Notes under the pieces: model-generated
Databases searched by the model: none
What the model was told of the DNA's origin: nothing
What the model saw: the letters and a program-made list of their open reading frames with translations, nothing else
Translations under genes and position numbers: made by a program
Shown here: in pieces, positions 37,527 through 47,332 of the stretch
Numbering within the stretch: position 1 is the first letter of the stretch
Layout: each line of letters begins with the position of its first letter
NCBI GenBank assembly: GCA_902464595.1
Contig: CABQJX010000002.1
Span: forward strand, 4,430 to 68,429
From: an uncultured Lachnoclostridium sp.
Lineage (GTDB): Bacteria; Bacillota; Clostridia; Lachnospirales; Lachnospiraceae
Length of the DNA stretch: 64,000 bases
Reading direction: 5' to 3'

Positions 37527-38110
37527 TGGACATCCTGCTTTATACAAAACTATTCCTCAGCTTTCTTCAGATCGGCGCCTTCAGCTTTGGCGGCGGCTAC
37601 GCGGCCATGCCCTTGATCCAGCAGCAGGTGGTAACGCAAAATGGCTGGCTCTCCCCAGCTGAATTTGCAGATCTGGTAACGATCTCCCAGATGACGCCAG
37701 GCCCCATTGCTATCAATGCCGCTACCTTTGTGGGAACCCGGCTTGGAGGGATCCCAGGCGCCCTTACCGCCACAGCTGGCTGCGTCCTTCCCTCCTGCCT
37801 TCTCGTAACGCTTTTAGCAAAGCTTTACCTCCGCTACCGGAGCCTAAGCCTTCTCCAGGGAATCCTCCATTTTCTCCGGCCTGCGGTGATCGCCCTGATC
37901 GGAGCCGCCGGAGTCAGTATCCTCATCACCGCATTCTGGGGCGGGCAGGGATTCGTCCCGGGGCTTTCCGCTTTCCGTCTCCGCTCCTTCCTTTTCTTTC
38001 TGGGTGCCTTAACGCTGCTGATCAAATTCCGTCTGAACCCGATCCTGGTAATGCTCCTGTGCGGGGCGGCAGAAACTTTATTCCAGACGTTTGCAGCTAT
38101 TATCAAATAA
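37526..38110 (+). CDS. Chromate transporter, short-chain subunit 2
   Basis: FSFGGGY and SQMTPGPIAINAATFVG; TAATG stop/start coupling. Confidence 0.9.
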   Translation: MDILLYTKLFLSFLQIGAFSFGGGYAAMPLIQQQVVTQNGWLSPAEFADLVTISQMTPGPIAINAATFVGTRLGGIPGALTATAGCVLPSCLLVTLLAKLYLRYRSLSLLQGILHFLRPAVIALIGAAGVSILITAFWGGQGFVPGLSAFRLRSFLFFLGALTLLIKFRLNPILVMLLCGAAETLFQTFAAIIK

Positions 38111-38131
38111 AAATCATCAAAAGGAGGCCCT

Positions 38132-38662
38132 ATGGAGCTGAGACAGGAATACCAATCGTTCCAAATACGGAAAATCAAAGAGAACAAAAAGCAATATCTG
38201 GATCTCCTCCTTCTGGCTGATGAACAGGAGGATATGATCGACCGCTATCTGGAGCGGGGGGATCTGTTCGTACTGATGAAAAAGGATGCTGTGGCCGCAG
38301 AGTGTGTGGTCACAAAGGAGGAGCATACGAAAGGGACAGGAAAACAGGGCCGCACACTGATTCCTGAAGCAGAAACAGGAGGGATCTATGAATTAAAAAA
38401 TATAGCCACAGCCCCCTCCTTCCAGCGCCAGGGCTATGGCCGAACCCTCATCGAATTTATTTTTTTCCATTACACCGATCTCACAACCTTATATGTGGGA
38501 ACCGGAGACAGCCCCCTCACCCTTGATTTCTACAAGTCCTGCGGTTTTTCCTTCTCCCACCGCATCCCCCATTTCTTTACAGAATATTATGACCATCCGA
38601 TCTTTGAGGGCGGGAAACAGCTGATTGATATGGTTTACCTAAAGAGGGAGCGGACGCGTTAA
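38132..38662 (+). CDS. GNAT N-acetyltransferase
   Basis: LLLLADE, ELKNIAT, QRQGYG and FYKSCGF. Confidence 0.88.
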   Translation: MELRQEYQSFQIRKIKENKKQYLDLLLLADEQEDMIDRYLERGDLFVLMKKDAVAAECVVTKEEHTKGTGKQGRTLIPEAETGGIYELKNIATAPSFQRQGYGRTLIEFIFFHYTDLTTLYVGTGDSPLTLDFYKSCGFSFSHRIPHFFTEYYDHPIFEGGKQLIDMVYLKRERTR

Positions 38663-38679
38663 AACGTCTGCTCCCTCTT
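38642..38679. terminator. Hairpin spanning the GNAT stop, between convergent genes
   Basis: AAGAGGGAGCGGACG / CGTCTGCTCCCTCTT. Confidence 0.6.
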
Positions 38680-38720
38680 GCTGTTTGGCACTCCTCTTTC
38701 TGGTCTGGCTCCGCCTGGTT

Positions 38721-39320
38721 TTACACCTGGCCTCCAAACTCTCTGAGCCATCTCCGCCTGTCCTCATAATCCGGCAGGACAGCTCTCACCTCTGCCCAAA
38801 ACCGTGAAGAATGGTTCATCTCTTTTCTGTGAGCCAGCTCGTGGACTGCCACATAATCCAAAATCTCCGGAGGCATTAAGATCAGCTTCCAGTGGAAATT
38901 CAGGTTTCCCCCGCTGCTGCAGCTGCCCCACCGCGTCTTTGCTGCCCGAATGGTGATCCGGTTATAATCCACTCCCATGATCCCGGCAAAATAAGCGCAT
39001 CTCTGTTCCAGCTGTTCCTTCGCCCGTTTGCGGTAAAGGATTTCCAGTCCGGGGTCTTCCTCATAATCATGTCGCGGACGGTTTCTCTCCTTCTTTGCCC
39101 GCTCCATGACCAGCCGCCATTTCTCAGCGATCCACTGCTCCCGCTCTCCCAAAAACTGCCTTACCGCCCGGTCGCTGATCCTGTTCGGAACCCGGGCAAT
39201 GACCTGACCGTCCCCTTTTATTTCCAATCCCAAAGTACGGCGGCCGGAATAGATAATCCTGACCGGGATCTCCCCCTGGCGTTCCCCTTCCCTCCATCGG
39301 ATGATCTCCTGTTTTAACAT
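38721..39320 (-). CDS. YgjP/DUF45 zinc metallohydrolase
   Basis: RWGSCS, LDYVAVHELAH and NHSSRFW. Confidence 0.88.
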   Translation of the reverse strand: MLKQEIIRWREGERQGEIPVRIIYSGRRTLGLEIKGDGQVIARVPNRISDRAVRQFLGEREQWIAEKWRLVMERAKKERNRPRHDYEEDPGLEILYRKRAKEQLEQRCAYFAGIMGVDYNRITIRAAKTRWGSCSSGGNLNFHWKLILMPPEILDYVAVHELAHRKEMNHSSRFWAEVRAVLPDYEDRRRWLREFGGQV

Positions 39321-39339
39321 ACCCTTTCCTCTGCCGTTC

Positions 39340-40152
39340 TTACAGCACATCGGAGAAATGAGGCCGCAGACGTTTAAAGATCTTCAGTCCCAGAAGGATC
39401 ACAGCCCCTGTAAAGCACCAGTAGTACAGGGTAAGGGTGGGGCGCTCCCAAAACCAATTTCCTGTAAGCACAGTATCCCGATACCCAGCCACTACATAGT
39501 AGAATGGGTTCAGCTTAAAGAGCGTCTCTACCCAGGGACCAGCCCCTGTAAACATGGACTCGTGATACATGATAGGCGTCATCCATATGCCAAACTGGAG
39601 ACAGATGCTGACGATCTGGGCCATATCCTTGAAAAACACATTGACCGCACTGGTAAAAAAGCCGATCCCAAGAGCCAGCATAGAAGCCGCAAAAGAATAA
39701 TATACGACCTGGATCCAGATGAAATGGGGCATTTTCCCCGTGATCAAGTACATTCCAAACATGATCAGCACAAAAAAGGCGTGGACGAGAAGGCAGGAGA
39801 TCAGCTTAATGATCGGAAGGATCTCCACCTTAAATACCACTTTTTTCACCAGATAACTGTACTCCTGAAGACAGTTTGTGACGCTGTTGACCGCCTCCCC
39901 GAAAAAGAACCAGGGTACAATACCGGGAACCAGCCATTCCACATAGGAGGCCCCCTCCACAGGCGGCGGCGATTTAAACCCCAGGCCAAATACGACTGCG
40001 TATATGCTGACCGTCACAATGGGCTGTATGAACATCCAAACAACCCCAAAATAGGAGCCTACAAAGCGCTTGCGGAAATCCGCTTTTCCCAGATCCCAGA
40101 TCAGCCTGCGCTTTTCTATGATCTCCTTCAAAAGAGAACACACATACTTCAT
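39340..40152 (-). CDS. wzm: Polysaccharide ABC exporter permease
   Basis: DFRKRFVGSYFGVVW, LVKKVVF, WMTPIMY, LNP and HFSDVL. Confidence 0.93.
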   Translation of the reverse strand: MKYVCSLLKEIIEKRRLIWDLGKADFRKRFVGSYFGVVWMFIQPIVTVSIYAVVFGLGFKSPPPVEGASYVEWLVPGIVPWFFFGEAVNSVTNCLQEYSYLVKKVVFKVEILPIIKLISCLLVHAFFVLIMFGMYLITGKMPHFIWIQVVYYSFAASMLALGIGFFTSAVNVFFKDMAQIVSICLQFGIWMTPIMYHESMFTGAGPWVETLFKLNPFYYVVAGYRDTVLTGNWFWERPTLTLYYWCFTGAVILLGLKIFKRLRPHFSDVL

Positions 40153-40185
40153 ATGACTAAACCCTTTTTCTTTCCATTCCGTCCC

Positions 40186-40749
40186 TTAGGCTTCCCCGAA
40201 CTTAAAGGTATCCTCAAGCCCGCTCCATTTTTTGTCCTTATCAGAGATGATCAGCTGCATATCCGGCTCAATGGGCCAGTCAATACCGATCTTAGGATCG
40301 CTCCACAAAAGTCCTCCCTCATCTCCCGGATGATAGAAATCCGTACACTTATACGCGAACTCCGCCTCATCAGAAAGGACTAAAAATCCATGAGCGAAGC
40401 CCTCGGGAATATAAAACTGCTTCTTATTCTCAGCAGATAAGATGACTCCAAACCATTTTCCATAGGTCTCAGAATCTGCCCTCAGATCCACTGCCACGTC
40501 ATACACCGTGCCGCGGATGGCACGAACCAGCTTGCCCTGGGGATACTGCTTCTGAAAATGAAGTCCTCTGAGCACGCCCTTTACGGACATAGACTGATTA
40601 TCCTGGACAAATACCATATCCAGGCCAGCCTCTTTAAAATCATTCTGGTTATAAGTTTCCACAAAATAGCCTCTCTCATCCTTAAATACGGTCGGCTCGA
40701 TCACATACAATCCCTTGATGTCACAGGGGGTCACTTTAATCTTTCCCAT
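40186..40749 (-). CDS. rmlC: dTDP-4-dehydrorhamnose 3,5-epimerase
   Basis: DERGYF, QDNQS, GVLRGLHFQ, GFAHGF and YKC. Confidence 0.95.
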   Translation of the reverse strand: MGKIKVTPCDIKGLYVIEPTVFKDERGYFVETYNQNDFKEAGLDMVFVQDNQSMSVKGVLRGLHFQKQYPQGKLVRAIRGTVYDVAVDLRADSETYGKWFGVILSAENKKQFYIPEGFAHGFLVLSDEAEFAYKCTDFYHPGDEGGLLWSDPKIGIDWPIEPDMQLIISDKDKKWSGLEDTFKFGEA

Positions 40750-40914
40750 GATCACTACTCCTTTTCTTCACTGTGGGCTTTTGGTATCATCCCTTCGCCC
40801 GGTCAATTCTATCACGTTCTAAAACAACTGACAAGCCCCACGGACCCGCTCTCTCCTAAAATCCGTAACAGTTCAGCCATACATTTTCCTTTGCTCTTAC
40901 AGAATATGGGAAGC

Positions 40915-40997
40915 TCTGGACGTCTGTCCGGGCATCTATCTGGACATCTGTCTGGACATCTTTCTGGCATCTGGCCGGATGCCTGTCTGGGTGCCTA
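40915..40997. repeat. Degenerate 12-bp tandem repeat, about 7 copies, intergenic
   Basis: Consensus TCTGGACATCTG, directly after the stop of the DUF2142 gene. Confidence 0.85.
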
Positions 40998-42617
40998 CAC
41001 CCGAAGACATACCAGGCTGAATATCCTTAGAACCACATATACGTCCATGGCCCCCATGGCAAACAGGATCCCTCCGTCCCGCCAATCAGTGCGCACGGCC
41101 TTGTCATTTTTCAAGGTCAGCAGGAACAATGGGAGAATGGGCAGGAGATACCGTCCCTGAACGCCCTGGATTACTTTGGAGGTCACAGGCGTCCATGCTA
41201 ACAGCATAGAGAACATCAATGCTCCCAGGCATACCAGACATAAAAACCAGATCCACAGCCGTCCCTTCCACCCAATAGGCATCCTCTCTCCTGGCTTTTT
41301 GAGAGCCAGGAGCACCAGAGCTGCAGTCAGGGCCAGGATTACCGGATAGGGGGTATTGAGCACTCCATCCATATTTCCCAGAGCACCGCCGATCATGCCG
41401 GAATACAGCTGCTCTCCCTGCCATGCCAGAGTATCGTAGCACATCTTGAGGACCAGTCCCGGAGAGTGGAGCAGCTGGGAGAAGGTATACCCTGTCTCCT
41501 CAGCCCAGGCCACATAGCTCTCGCTTGCCTGTGTGTAAAGAGCCACGGTACTGCGGTTTACGATAAACATAGCCGCTGCAAAGGCTCCCAGCACAGCTGC
41601 CGCTGACAGCCCCCATTTTCCCCAGCCCCCGAATTTCTTTACCGGGATCAGCAGGCAAAGTCCTGCGATCACCCCATAGACCATCTTGCAGGGCCCCATG
41701 ACGGCCATCACAGCCGCCAGGGCCGCAACATCGCAGATCCCCACCCGGGAAGCCTCACAGGCCAGATCCAGGCAGACAGCTGTAAAATAAGCGCTGAGGG
41801 CAATAATCATTACATCATAAGACAGGGAGGAAGCCAGGTGAAGGGTCATAGGCAGTAAAAATACGCCTGCAGCCACCTCTTTTCCAAAGGGAAGGCGCTT
41901 TATAGTCAGCCATGCCATAACGGAAAAGAAGATCAGGTTGCATGTCCTTCCCAAAAACAGCAGCCCCAATCCGCCTAAATGAAGGAGCCTTGCAAGGGAG
42001 ATGCCAAGCGCCTGGGGCACATAGGCAAGGGGTGTGGTGCGCACCGGCATCTGCCAGGACATGACCATTTCATTTTCCCCAGTGCTCCCAAACCCCCGGT
42101 TATGGATTTCCCGGTAAGTGCTCTCCTCCAGTTTCTGTCCCAAAACCACGGCGGAAGGGCTATTCTGCCCCTCCTCTGCCCCATACTCCATCACCCCTGA
42201 AAGATCTTCAATAAAGGTATCCTGAAGACGGATAAAAACACGTTCATCCTCTGCCCTGGCCGGTTTTCCCATAAGGTGGCTGGACAGCTGGTAAGCGGTA
42301 ATAAAATGGCTCACCTCATCAGGCGCTGACAGAGGAGGCAGAACCGCCATGTACATCACTCCCAGCCCCATAATCACCGCGGGGATCACCCTCTCAAGCT
42401 TTGGGTGTTCTTCCCAGATCAGGAAGATTCCCATGCCAGTCAGCACAGCCAGCCCAAAAAGGAGGAGAAGGGCATACCATCCATAGAGAAACCGGTCATT
42501 GCTTACCTGGATCCCTGCCCTCACATCTCCCAGATGCCAGATCCCCAGAGCCAGAACGGCCAAAAGGGCAAAGATCCACCCAGCCGGCTTCTGTAATTTT
42601 TCTTTTCCTGCTGTCAT
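40995..42617 (-). CDS. DUF2142 membrane protein (GacL-like GT-C)
   Basis: PPLSAPDEVSHF, LAYVPQALG, SLSYD and IQGVQGRYLLP. Confidence 0.85.
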   Translation of the reverse strand: MTAGKEKLQKPAGWIFALLAVLALGIWHLGDVRAGIQVSNDRFLYGWYALLLLFGLAVLTGMGIFLIWEEHPKLERVIPAVIMGLGVMYMAVLPPLSAPDEVSHFITAYQLSSHLMGKPARAEDERVFIRLQDTFIEDLSGVMEYGAEEGQNSPSAVVLGQKLEESTYREIHNRGFGSTGENEMVMSWQMPVRTTPLAYVPQALGISLARLLHLGGLGLLFLGRTCNLIFFSVMAWLTIKRLPFGKEVAAGVFLLPMTLHLASSLSYDVMIIALSAYFTAVCLDLACEASRVGICDVAALAAVMAVMGPCKMVYGVIAGLCLLIPVKKFGGWGKWGLSAAAVLGAFAAAMFIVNRSTVALYTQASESYVAWAEETGYTFSQLLHSPGLVLKMCYDTLAWQGEQLYSGMIGGALGNMDGVLNTPYPVILALTAALVLLALKKPGERMPIGWKGRLWIWFLCLVCLGALMFSMLLAWTPVTSKVIQGVQGRYLLPILPLFLLTLKNDKAVRTDWRDGGILFAMGAMDVYVVLRIFSLVCLRV

Positions 42618-43033
42618 AAAGCCTCCCCATTCCCGGATCCCTTTTTAGAAACGGTTTCCGCTTCCTCCAGAAAGCCCCTGAGGCGCTGCTGCAATTCCTC
42701 CCGCTCCTTCTCGTCCAGAGCGATCCGCTGTACCAGCTCCTTCTGACGGCTCTCCATCTGGGACAGCTGTAAGGTCATTCCAAATACCTTTACCATCAGG
42801 AGGAAGATCATGAACAAAAACAGGAAATTGGGGGTGGAGTAGATTCCCAGCAGATGGGCGCAGGTATCCGCCACAGCCGGAAATACAGAGAATACCACCA
42901 GGATCATTGCCATAGCTACCCAGAACAAGGCCGCTTCAATCTGAACCCTGGCCTGTCGGATACGGCGCATCATAAACACCATTGTAAAAAGGGAAACTGC
43001 TACCAGGATCACCCGGAATACCATTGTCATCAT
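42614..43033 (-). CDS. DUF2304 family small membrane protein (GacJ-like)
   Basis: 3 TM helices; ALFW, FP, LGIYSTPNFLF and LVQRIAL. Confidence 0.85.
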   Translation of the reverse strand: MMTMVFRVILVAVSLFTMVFMMRRIRQARVQIEAALFWVAMAMILVVFSVFPAVADTCAHLLGIYSTPNFLFLFMIFLLMVKVFGMTLQLSQMESRQKELVQRIALDEKEREELQQRLRGFLEEAETVSKKGSGNGEAL

Positions 43034-43965
43034 AACCAATACTCCTTATTCATGCTGCAGGCAGCTGTCAGCCCCTTTGGAAGCAGCCGGTAACATTTTC
43101 CCAATCGGTAGCCTGCATATTTAAAACCGCTTTTCACAACCAGCCCCGGGATCAGCCAGGGCTTTTTCTGGGAAACGAGATACCTGGCCGTCTGCTTCAC
43201 CAGGCGGATCCCCTCCCCCTCAGAGTGGATTCCCCGAAACACTTCCGGGTGGTCAGCCTGCGATACTGCCAAGTCAAAATTCCGGTGGAACTGAGCTCTG
43301 CATCCGTAGTTGTGGGAATGGATCACCCTGGCATCAGCTGCATAGGCGATGGCATAATCGTCCTGAAGGACCGCCCTGCCTGCAAAGATCATATCCTCGT
43401 TGAAGATGGTTTTGTGGATAAAGCCACCCTGGAACCAGAATTTTTCCCGGTCATAGGCGCAGCACACATTGGATGCAAAAAAGGTCTTGATCCCCAGCTC
43501 TTTCAAATCTGCCTTTGTCTTAATACGGCTCTCACCGGGATAGTTGAAGGATCTGGTATACCGCTCCGCCAGGCCGCAGTCCTTGTCAGGAAGCTGTCTA
43601 GCGTAGGCCATGATCACCGATTCTCCCTCCGGCCCTCTCTGGTCAAAGGCCTTTACCAGATTTTCAATGAGATGCTCGTCCGCCGGAACTGCGTCGTCTG
43701 TCATAAACACCATAATATCCGCCCTGCTGTAACGCGCGCCCCGGTTTCTGGTCTCCCCATGGTCAAATTCTGCCTTATCGAGATGGTGGACCTCCAGATT
43801 TTCAATCCCCTCAAACCCCTTGTCATTCCAGTAGGAACGCTCCGTGTTCATCACAATGATCCGGTTAACCTTCACGGTCTGGACTGCCAGCATCTTTAAC
43901 AGCCTGGAAAATTTCTTTCCAGGCTTATAGGTCGGTATGATCACATCAACCTTGACTTTTTCCAT
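43030..43965 (-). CDS. GT2 glycosyltransferase, probable rhamnosyltransferase
   Basis: FDHGETRN, FMTDDAVP, YARQLP, SNVCCAY, NEDM and HSHNY. Confidence 0.85.
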   Translation of the reverse strand: MEKVKVDVIIPTYKPGKKFSRLLKMLAVQTVKVNRIIVMNTERSYWNDKGFEGIENLEVHHLDKAEFDHGETRNRGARYSRADIMVFMTDDAVPADEHLIENLVKAFDQRGPEGESVIMAYARQLPDKDCGLAERYTRSFNYPGESRIKTKADLKELGIKTFFASNVCCAYDREKFWFQGGFIHKTIFNEDMIFAGRAVLQDDYAIAYAADARVIHSHNYGCRAQFHRNFDLAVSQADHPEVFRGIHSEGEGIRLVKQTARYLVSQKKPWLIPGLVVKSGFKYAGYRLGKCYRLLPKGLTAACSMNKEYWL

Positions 43966-45280
43966 CACCACTATTCTCCTTTTCGTTCTCCCTTACTTCC
44001 CTGCTGTAAGCCCCCCTAAGGCACACGCTAAACCCGGCGGTAAGTCCTGCCATGAGCAAAAGATAGCAAAAAGCCGCCCCATGGATCCCGAAGTGGGATA
44101 CCAAAAAAACGGACAGGGGCGCCGCCACAAACGCGGCTCCCAGATACACCAAAAAAATCACCTTCTGCCTGCGCATGATCACCAAGGCATAATAGACAAG
44201 GTTCGCCATGGCGTAAAAGCCTCCTCCGGCCACAATGATAACAAAAGCCCCGTAATAGCCTGTCAGGCTTCCGCCGTATCCTGCCCCCAAAACCCTCTCC
44301 ATCACCGACAGCGCCCATTTTCCCAGGACCGCCGCCCCAAAAACTGCCGAAACCGTAAGCCCCAGGATCACCCTCCCAATGGTTTTCAGCTCCCTCAGAA
44401 AAGAAGGGTATTCCTTTTGGCTCCACAGAGCGGTCAGCTTTGTGAGGAACGGGCGGATCACAAAATTTGCTATCAGATAGATTACGGAAGTGGGCATAAA
44501 GATCAGATTAAAATACCCGGAGGACGCATCGTCCATTCTCCCATCAATGGCGTATTTGGCCGCTGAAAATACATAAAAGTCCAAAAATACAGATAAAAAC
44601 AGCACAGCTGTCTTACGAAAAATATCACCGGTACTGCCCTCTCTCCGTTTCCAGTCCACACCGGGAAGGGCGCGGATCACATCCAGGTTAAACAGGGCCA
44701 CCCCTGCTGCCTGGGCAGCCACAGCCGCTGCGCAGGAAAACAAAAGATTCCCAAAGGCTGCCAGGGTAATGAGAAATACGCTGACGGACAGGATTGTGCG
44801 GAAAAAATTAGATTTTCCTGTAAGATACAAGCTCCCCTGTCTCTGAAATTCCGATTCATACACATCTGCATACCCGTCGATGACCTTGTATACAATAAGC
44901 AAAAGTAATATAGTGGACTTAGAGGCGCTGTAGCGCCCCAGGCCGTGCATCAGGGTCAGAAACACCGCTCCGGCGGCCAGGGCTGTTATGCAGGTGATAT
45001 TTCTATGCTCCCTGTAATCGGCAAAGGAGTACTCTCCTGCGCCGTCTGTGATCTGGAAGGGCCGAAGGCCGAAATAGGCCACAATAAACAGCTGCTGCCC
45101 CAGAGTGGAATAGCCGAAGGAAAAAATCCCTCCCTTCTCCTCTCCTGCCATCCGTATGACTAAGAAGGACAGCACCATACTGGCAAAAGCATAGGCAAAG
45201 CTTCCGGCAATATTCCAGATCACATTTTTCCGCCCCACATCCGGGCCCTCATAGAGCAATCGTCTTGTCAAATTCTTCAT
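43946..45280 (-). CDS. Wzx/MOP-type flippase (GacK-like)
   Basis: About 12 TM helices; NVIWNIAGS, RPFQITD and KYAID. Confidence 0.75.
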   Translation of the reverse strand: MKNLTRRLLYEGPDVGRKNVIWNIAGSFAYAFASMVLSFLVIRMAGEEKGGIFSFGYSTLGQQLFIVAYFGLRPFQITDGAGEYSFADYREHRNITCITALAAGAVFLTLMHGLGRYSASKSTILLLLIVYKVIDGYADVYESEFQRQGSLYLTGKSNFFRTILSVSVFLITLAAFGNLLFSCAAAVAAQAAGVALFNLDVIRALPGVDWKRREGSTGDIFRKTAVLFLSVFLDFYVFSAAKYAIDGRMDDASSGYFNLIFMPTSVIYLIANFVIRPFLTKLTALWSQKEYPSFLRELKTIGRVILGLTVSAVFGAAVLGKWALSVMERVLGAGYGGSLTGYYGAFVIIVAGGGFYAMANLVYYALVIMRRQKVIFLVYLGAAFVAAPLSVFLVSHFGIHGAAFCYLLLMAGLTAGFSVCLRGAYSREVRENEKENSGDGKSQG

Positions 45281-45295
45281 ATACTCCGATCCCCT

Positions 45296-45985
45296 CTACT
45301 GACGCTTTCTAAAATTCTGTATCATCAGGATGGAGATTAGCATGCGGGTCATATAATGCATGGCTGTAAGGGGTTTCAAATAGCTCTCTCCCGCTGTCCG
45401 CTGGTCGATCGTCACCTGGATCTCCGCCACCTTCGCCCCCTGCTTGATGAGGAAGGACACGGTATCCGGCTCCGGCCCATAATTTAAATTCAGGGCAAAT
45501 TCCTCGATCATATGGCGGCTGAACATGCGCATGCCGGAGGTGGGATCCTTAATGGACACCCCTGTGGTCAGGCGGATAGCGGCCCCGATCATACGGCTTC
45601 CCATCATACGGGCTGACCACTCCTTTTTCTCCGATACAAACCGGGAGCCAATGACAATGTCATAGCCCTCCTCCATCTTTTGGCGCATAGCCTCAATATA
45701 TTCCGGCCTGTGCTGTCCGTCCCCGTCAAACTGCACTGCATAGCGGTATCCCTTCTTCCAGGCATATTTCATACCTGCCTGAAAGCATCCTGCCAATCCC
45801 AGGTTTACCGGCAGATCCAGCAGATTATACCCCCGTTCCCGGCAGATCTGGGCTGTATGATCCCTGGAACCGTCGTTGACCACCACGTAATCCAGCTGCG
45901 GGAAATTGCGGATGAGATTTTCCACCACCCGGCCAATATTTTTTTCTTCATTGTAAGCTGGTATGACCAGCAGAACCTTGTCCAT
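45296..45985 (-). CDS. GT2 DPM1-like polyprenyl-phosphate glycosyltransferase (GacI-like)
   Basis: IPAYNEE, NDGSRD, NLGLAG, QFDGDGQH, IGSRF and DPTSGMR; no TM helix. Confidence 0.88.
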   Translation of the reverse strand: MDKVLLVIPAYNEEKNIGRVVENLIRNFPQLDYVVVNDGSRDHTAQICRERGYNLLDLPVNLGLAGCFQAGMKYAWKKGYRYAVQFDGDGQHRPEYIEAMRQKMEEGYDIVIGSRFVSEKKEWSARMMGSRMIGAAIRLTTGVSIKDPTSGMRMFSRHMIEEFALNLNYGPEPDTVSFLIKQGAKVAEIQVTIDQRTAGESYLKPLTAMHYMTRMLISILMIQNFRKRQ

Positions 45986-46050
45986 GCTTCTCTCCTGGTT
46001 TTTCTGATTTTTCACCTGTATGTTCCAAATTCTCTCAGGCTTATCCCGGC

Positions 46051-47292
46051 TTATATTCCATCTCCTGCCCGGAGTTCCCCCTGGTTTTTCCCTTTGTTTT
46101 CTCCCTGGTTTTCTCCCCGGCCTTCTCCCTGGTTTTCTCCCCGGCCTTCTCCCTGGTTTTCTCCCATTCCTGGCTGCATTTCCCGGATCAGGGCGCAGAT
46201 CCGATCCACATCCTCCAGCGCCAGATCCGCATAGCAGGGAAGAGTCAGCACCCGGTCAGCGATGCAGGCGGCTACCGGCGTATCCTTGGAGGAAAAACGG
46301 CCCTGATAGCACTGGAAATCATTGATCAGGGGATAAAAATACTTTCTCGGATAAATATGATGGGAAGCCAAATGGTCATAAACCTGGTCTCTGGTAGCCC
46401 CAAATCCATTAAACACAACCGGGAAATAGGCATAATTGGGGGTAAGCCCCTGGCGGTAGGAGGGAAGCTTGAGACCCCGAAGCCCTCCTAATCCTTCCTG
46501 GTATCGTTTGGCTACCTTCTCTCTCTTGGCGATCTCTTCATCCAGATGATGGAGATTGCACAGGCCCATAGCAGCCTGAAACTCGTTCATTTTAGCGTTT
46601 CCGCCTACCCATACCACATGTTCCTGGTCTACGATGCCAAAATTCTTCAGGCAGTTCAGCCGATGCTCCATCCAATCCTCCCGGAATGTCACAGCGCCGC
46701 CCTCAATGGAATTAAATACCTTTGTGGCATGGAAGCTGAAAATGCTGGCGTCCCCAAACTCCGCCACACTCTTTCCCTTATAACGCTCCCCAAAGGTATG
46801 GGCCGCGTCGTAGATCACCTTCAGCCCATGCTTTTGTGCAATCTCCTGGATCCGCTCCACGTTGCACATGTTTCCATATACATGAACCGGGATAATCGCT
46901 GACGTTTTGTCCGTGATCAGCTCCTCGATCTTGTCCACATCTATGGTATAATCTTCTGGATCAATATCGCAGAATACAGGCGTCAGGTTATTGCGCACGA
47001 TCGCGTGAGTGGTAGAGGCAAAGCTGAAAGGGGTGGTGATCACCTCCCCCGTCAGCTCTAATGCCTGGATCGCCATTTCCAGGGCCATATGCCCGTTGAC
47101 AAAGAGCACCATGTTCTGAATATCCATGTACTCCTTGAGCTCCCGTTCCAGCCTTTTATGGAAATCTCCCATGTTGGTCAGCCAGGCGCTGTCCCAGATG
47201 GGCCGTATCATTTCAATGTATTCTTCATAGGGAGGAAGGGAGGCCCTTGTCACCAGTATCTCCTTCTCCTTTTCTTCCTGTTCCCTCATCAT
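46051..47292 (-). CDS. DegT/DnrJ/EryC1/StrS sugar aminotransferase (VioA-like)
   Basis: WLTNMG, YDAAH, SFHATKVFNSIEGG, NAKMNEFQAAMG and RKYFYP. Confidence 0.9.
   Translation of the reverse strand: MMREQEEKEKEILVTRASLPPYEEYIEMIRPIWDSAWLTNMGDFHKRLERELKEYMDIQNMVLFVNGHMALEMAIQALELTGEVITTPFSFASTTHAIVRNNLTPVFCDIDPEDYTIDVDKIEELITDKTSAIIPVHVYGNMCNVERIQEIAQKHGLKVIYDAAHTFGERYKGKSVAEFGDASIFSFHATKVFNSIEGGAVTFREDWMEHRLNCLKNFGIVDQEHVVWVGGNAKMNEFQAAMGLCNLHHLDEEIAKREKVAKRYQEGLGGLRGLKLPSYRQGLTPNYAYFPVVFNGFGATRDQVYDHLASHHIYPRKYFYPLINDFQCYQGRFSSKDTPVAACIADRVLTLPCYADLALEDVDRICALIREMQPGMGENQGEGRGENQGEGRGENQGENKGKNQGELRAGDGI
46077..46165. repeat. 12/24-bp tandem repeat in the aminotransferase C-terminus
   Basis: Alternating CTCCCTGGTTTT and CTCCCCGGCCTT; encodes GENQGEGRGENQGEGRGENQGENK. 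Confidence 0.9.
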
Positions 47293-47332
47293 CTTTCTTC
47301 TTCCTTTCCTGCTCCCAGCCTTTTATCCCTTC

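Noticed and set aside
39301..40383. 360-aa plus-strand ORF
   Set aside because: Antisense shadow of wzm and rmlC with no recognisable motifs.
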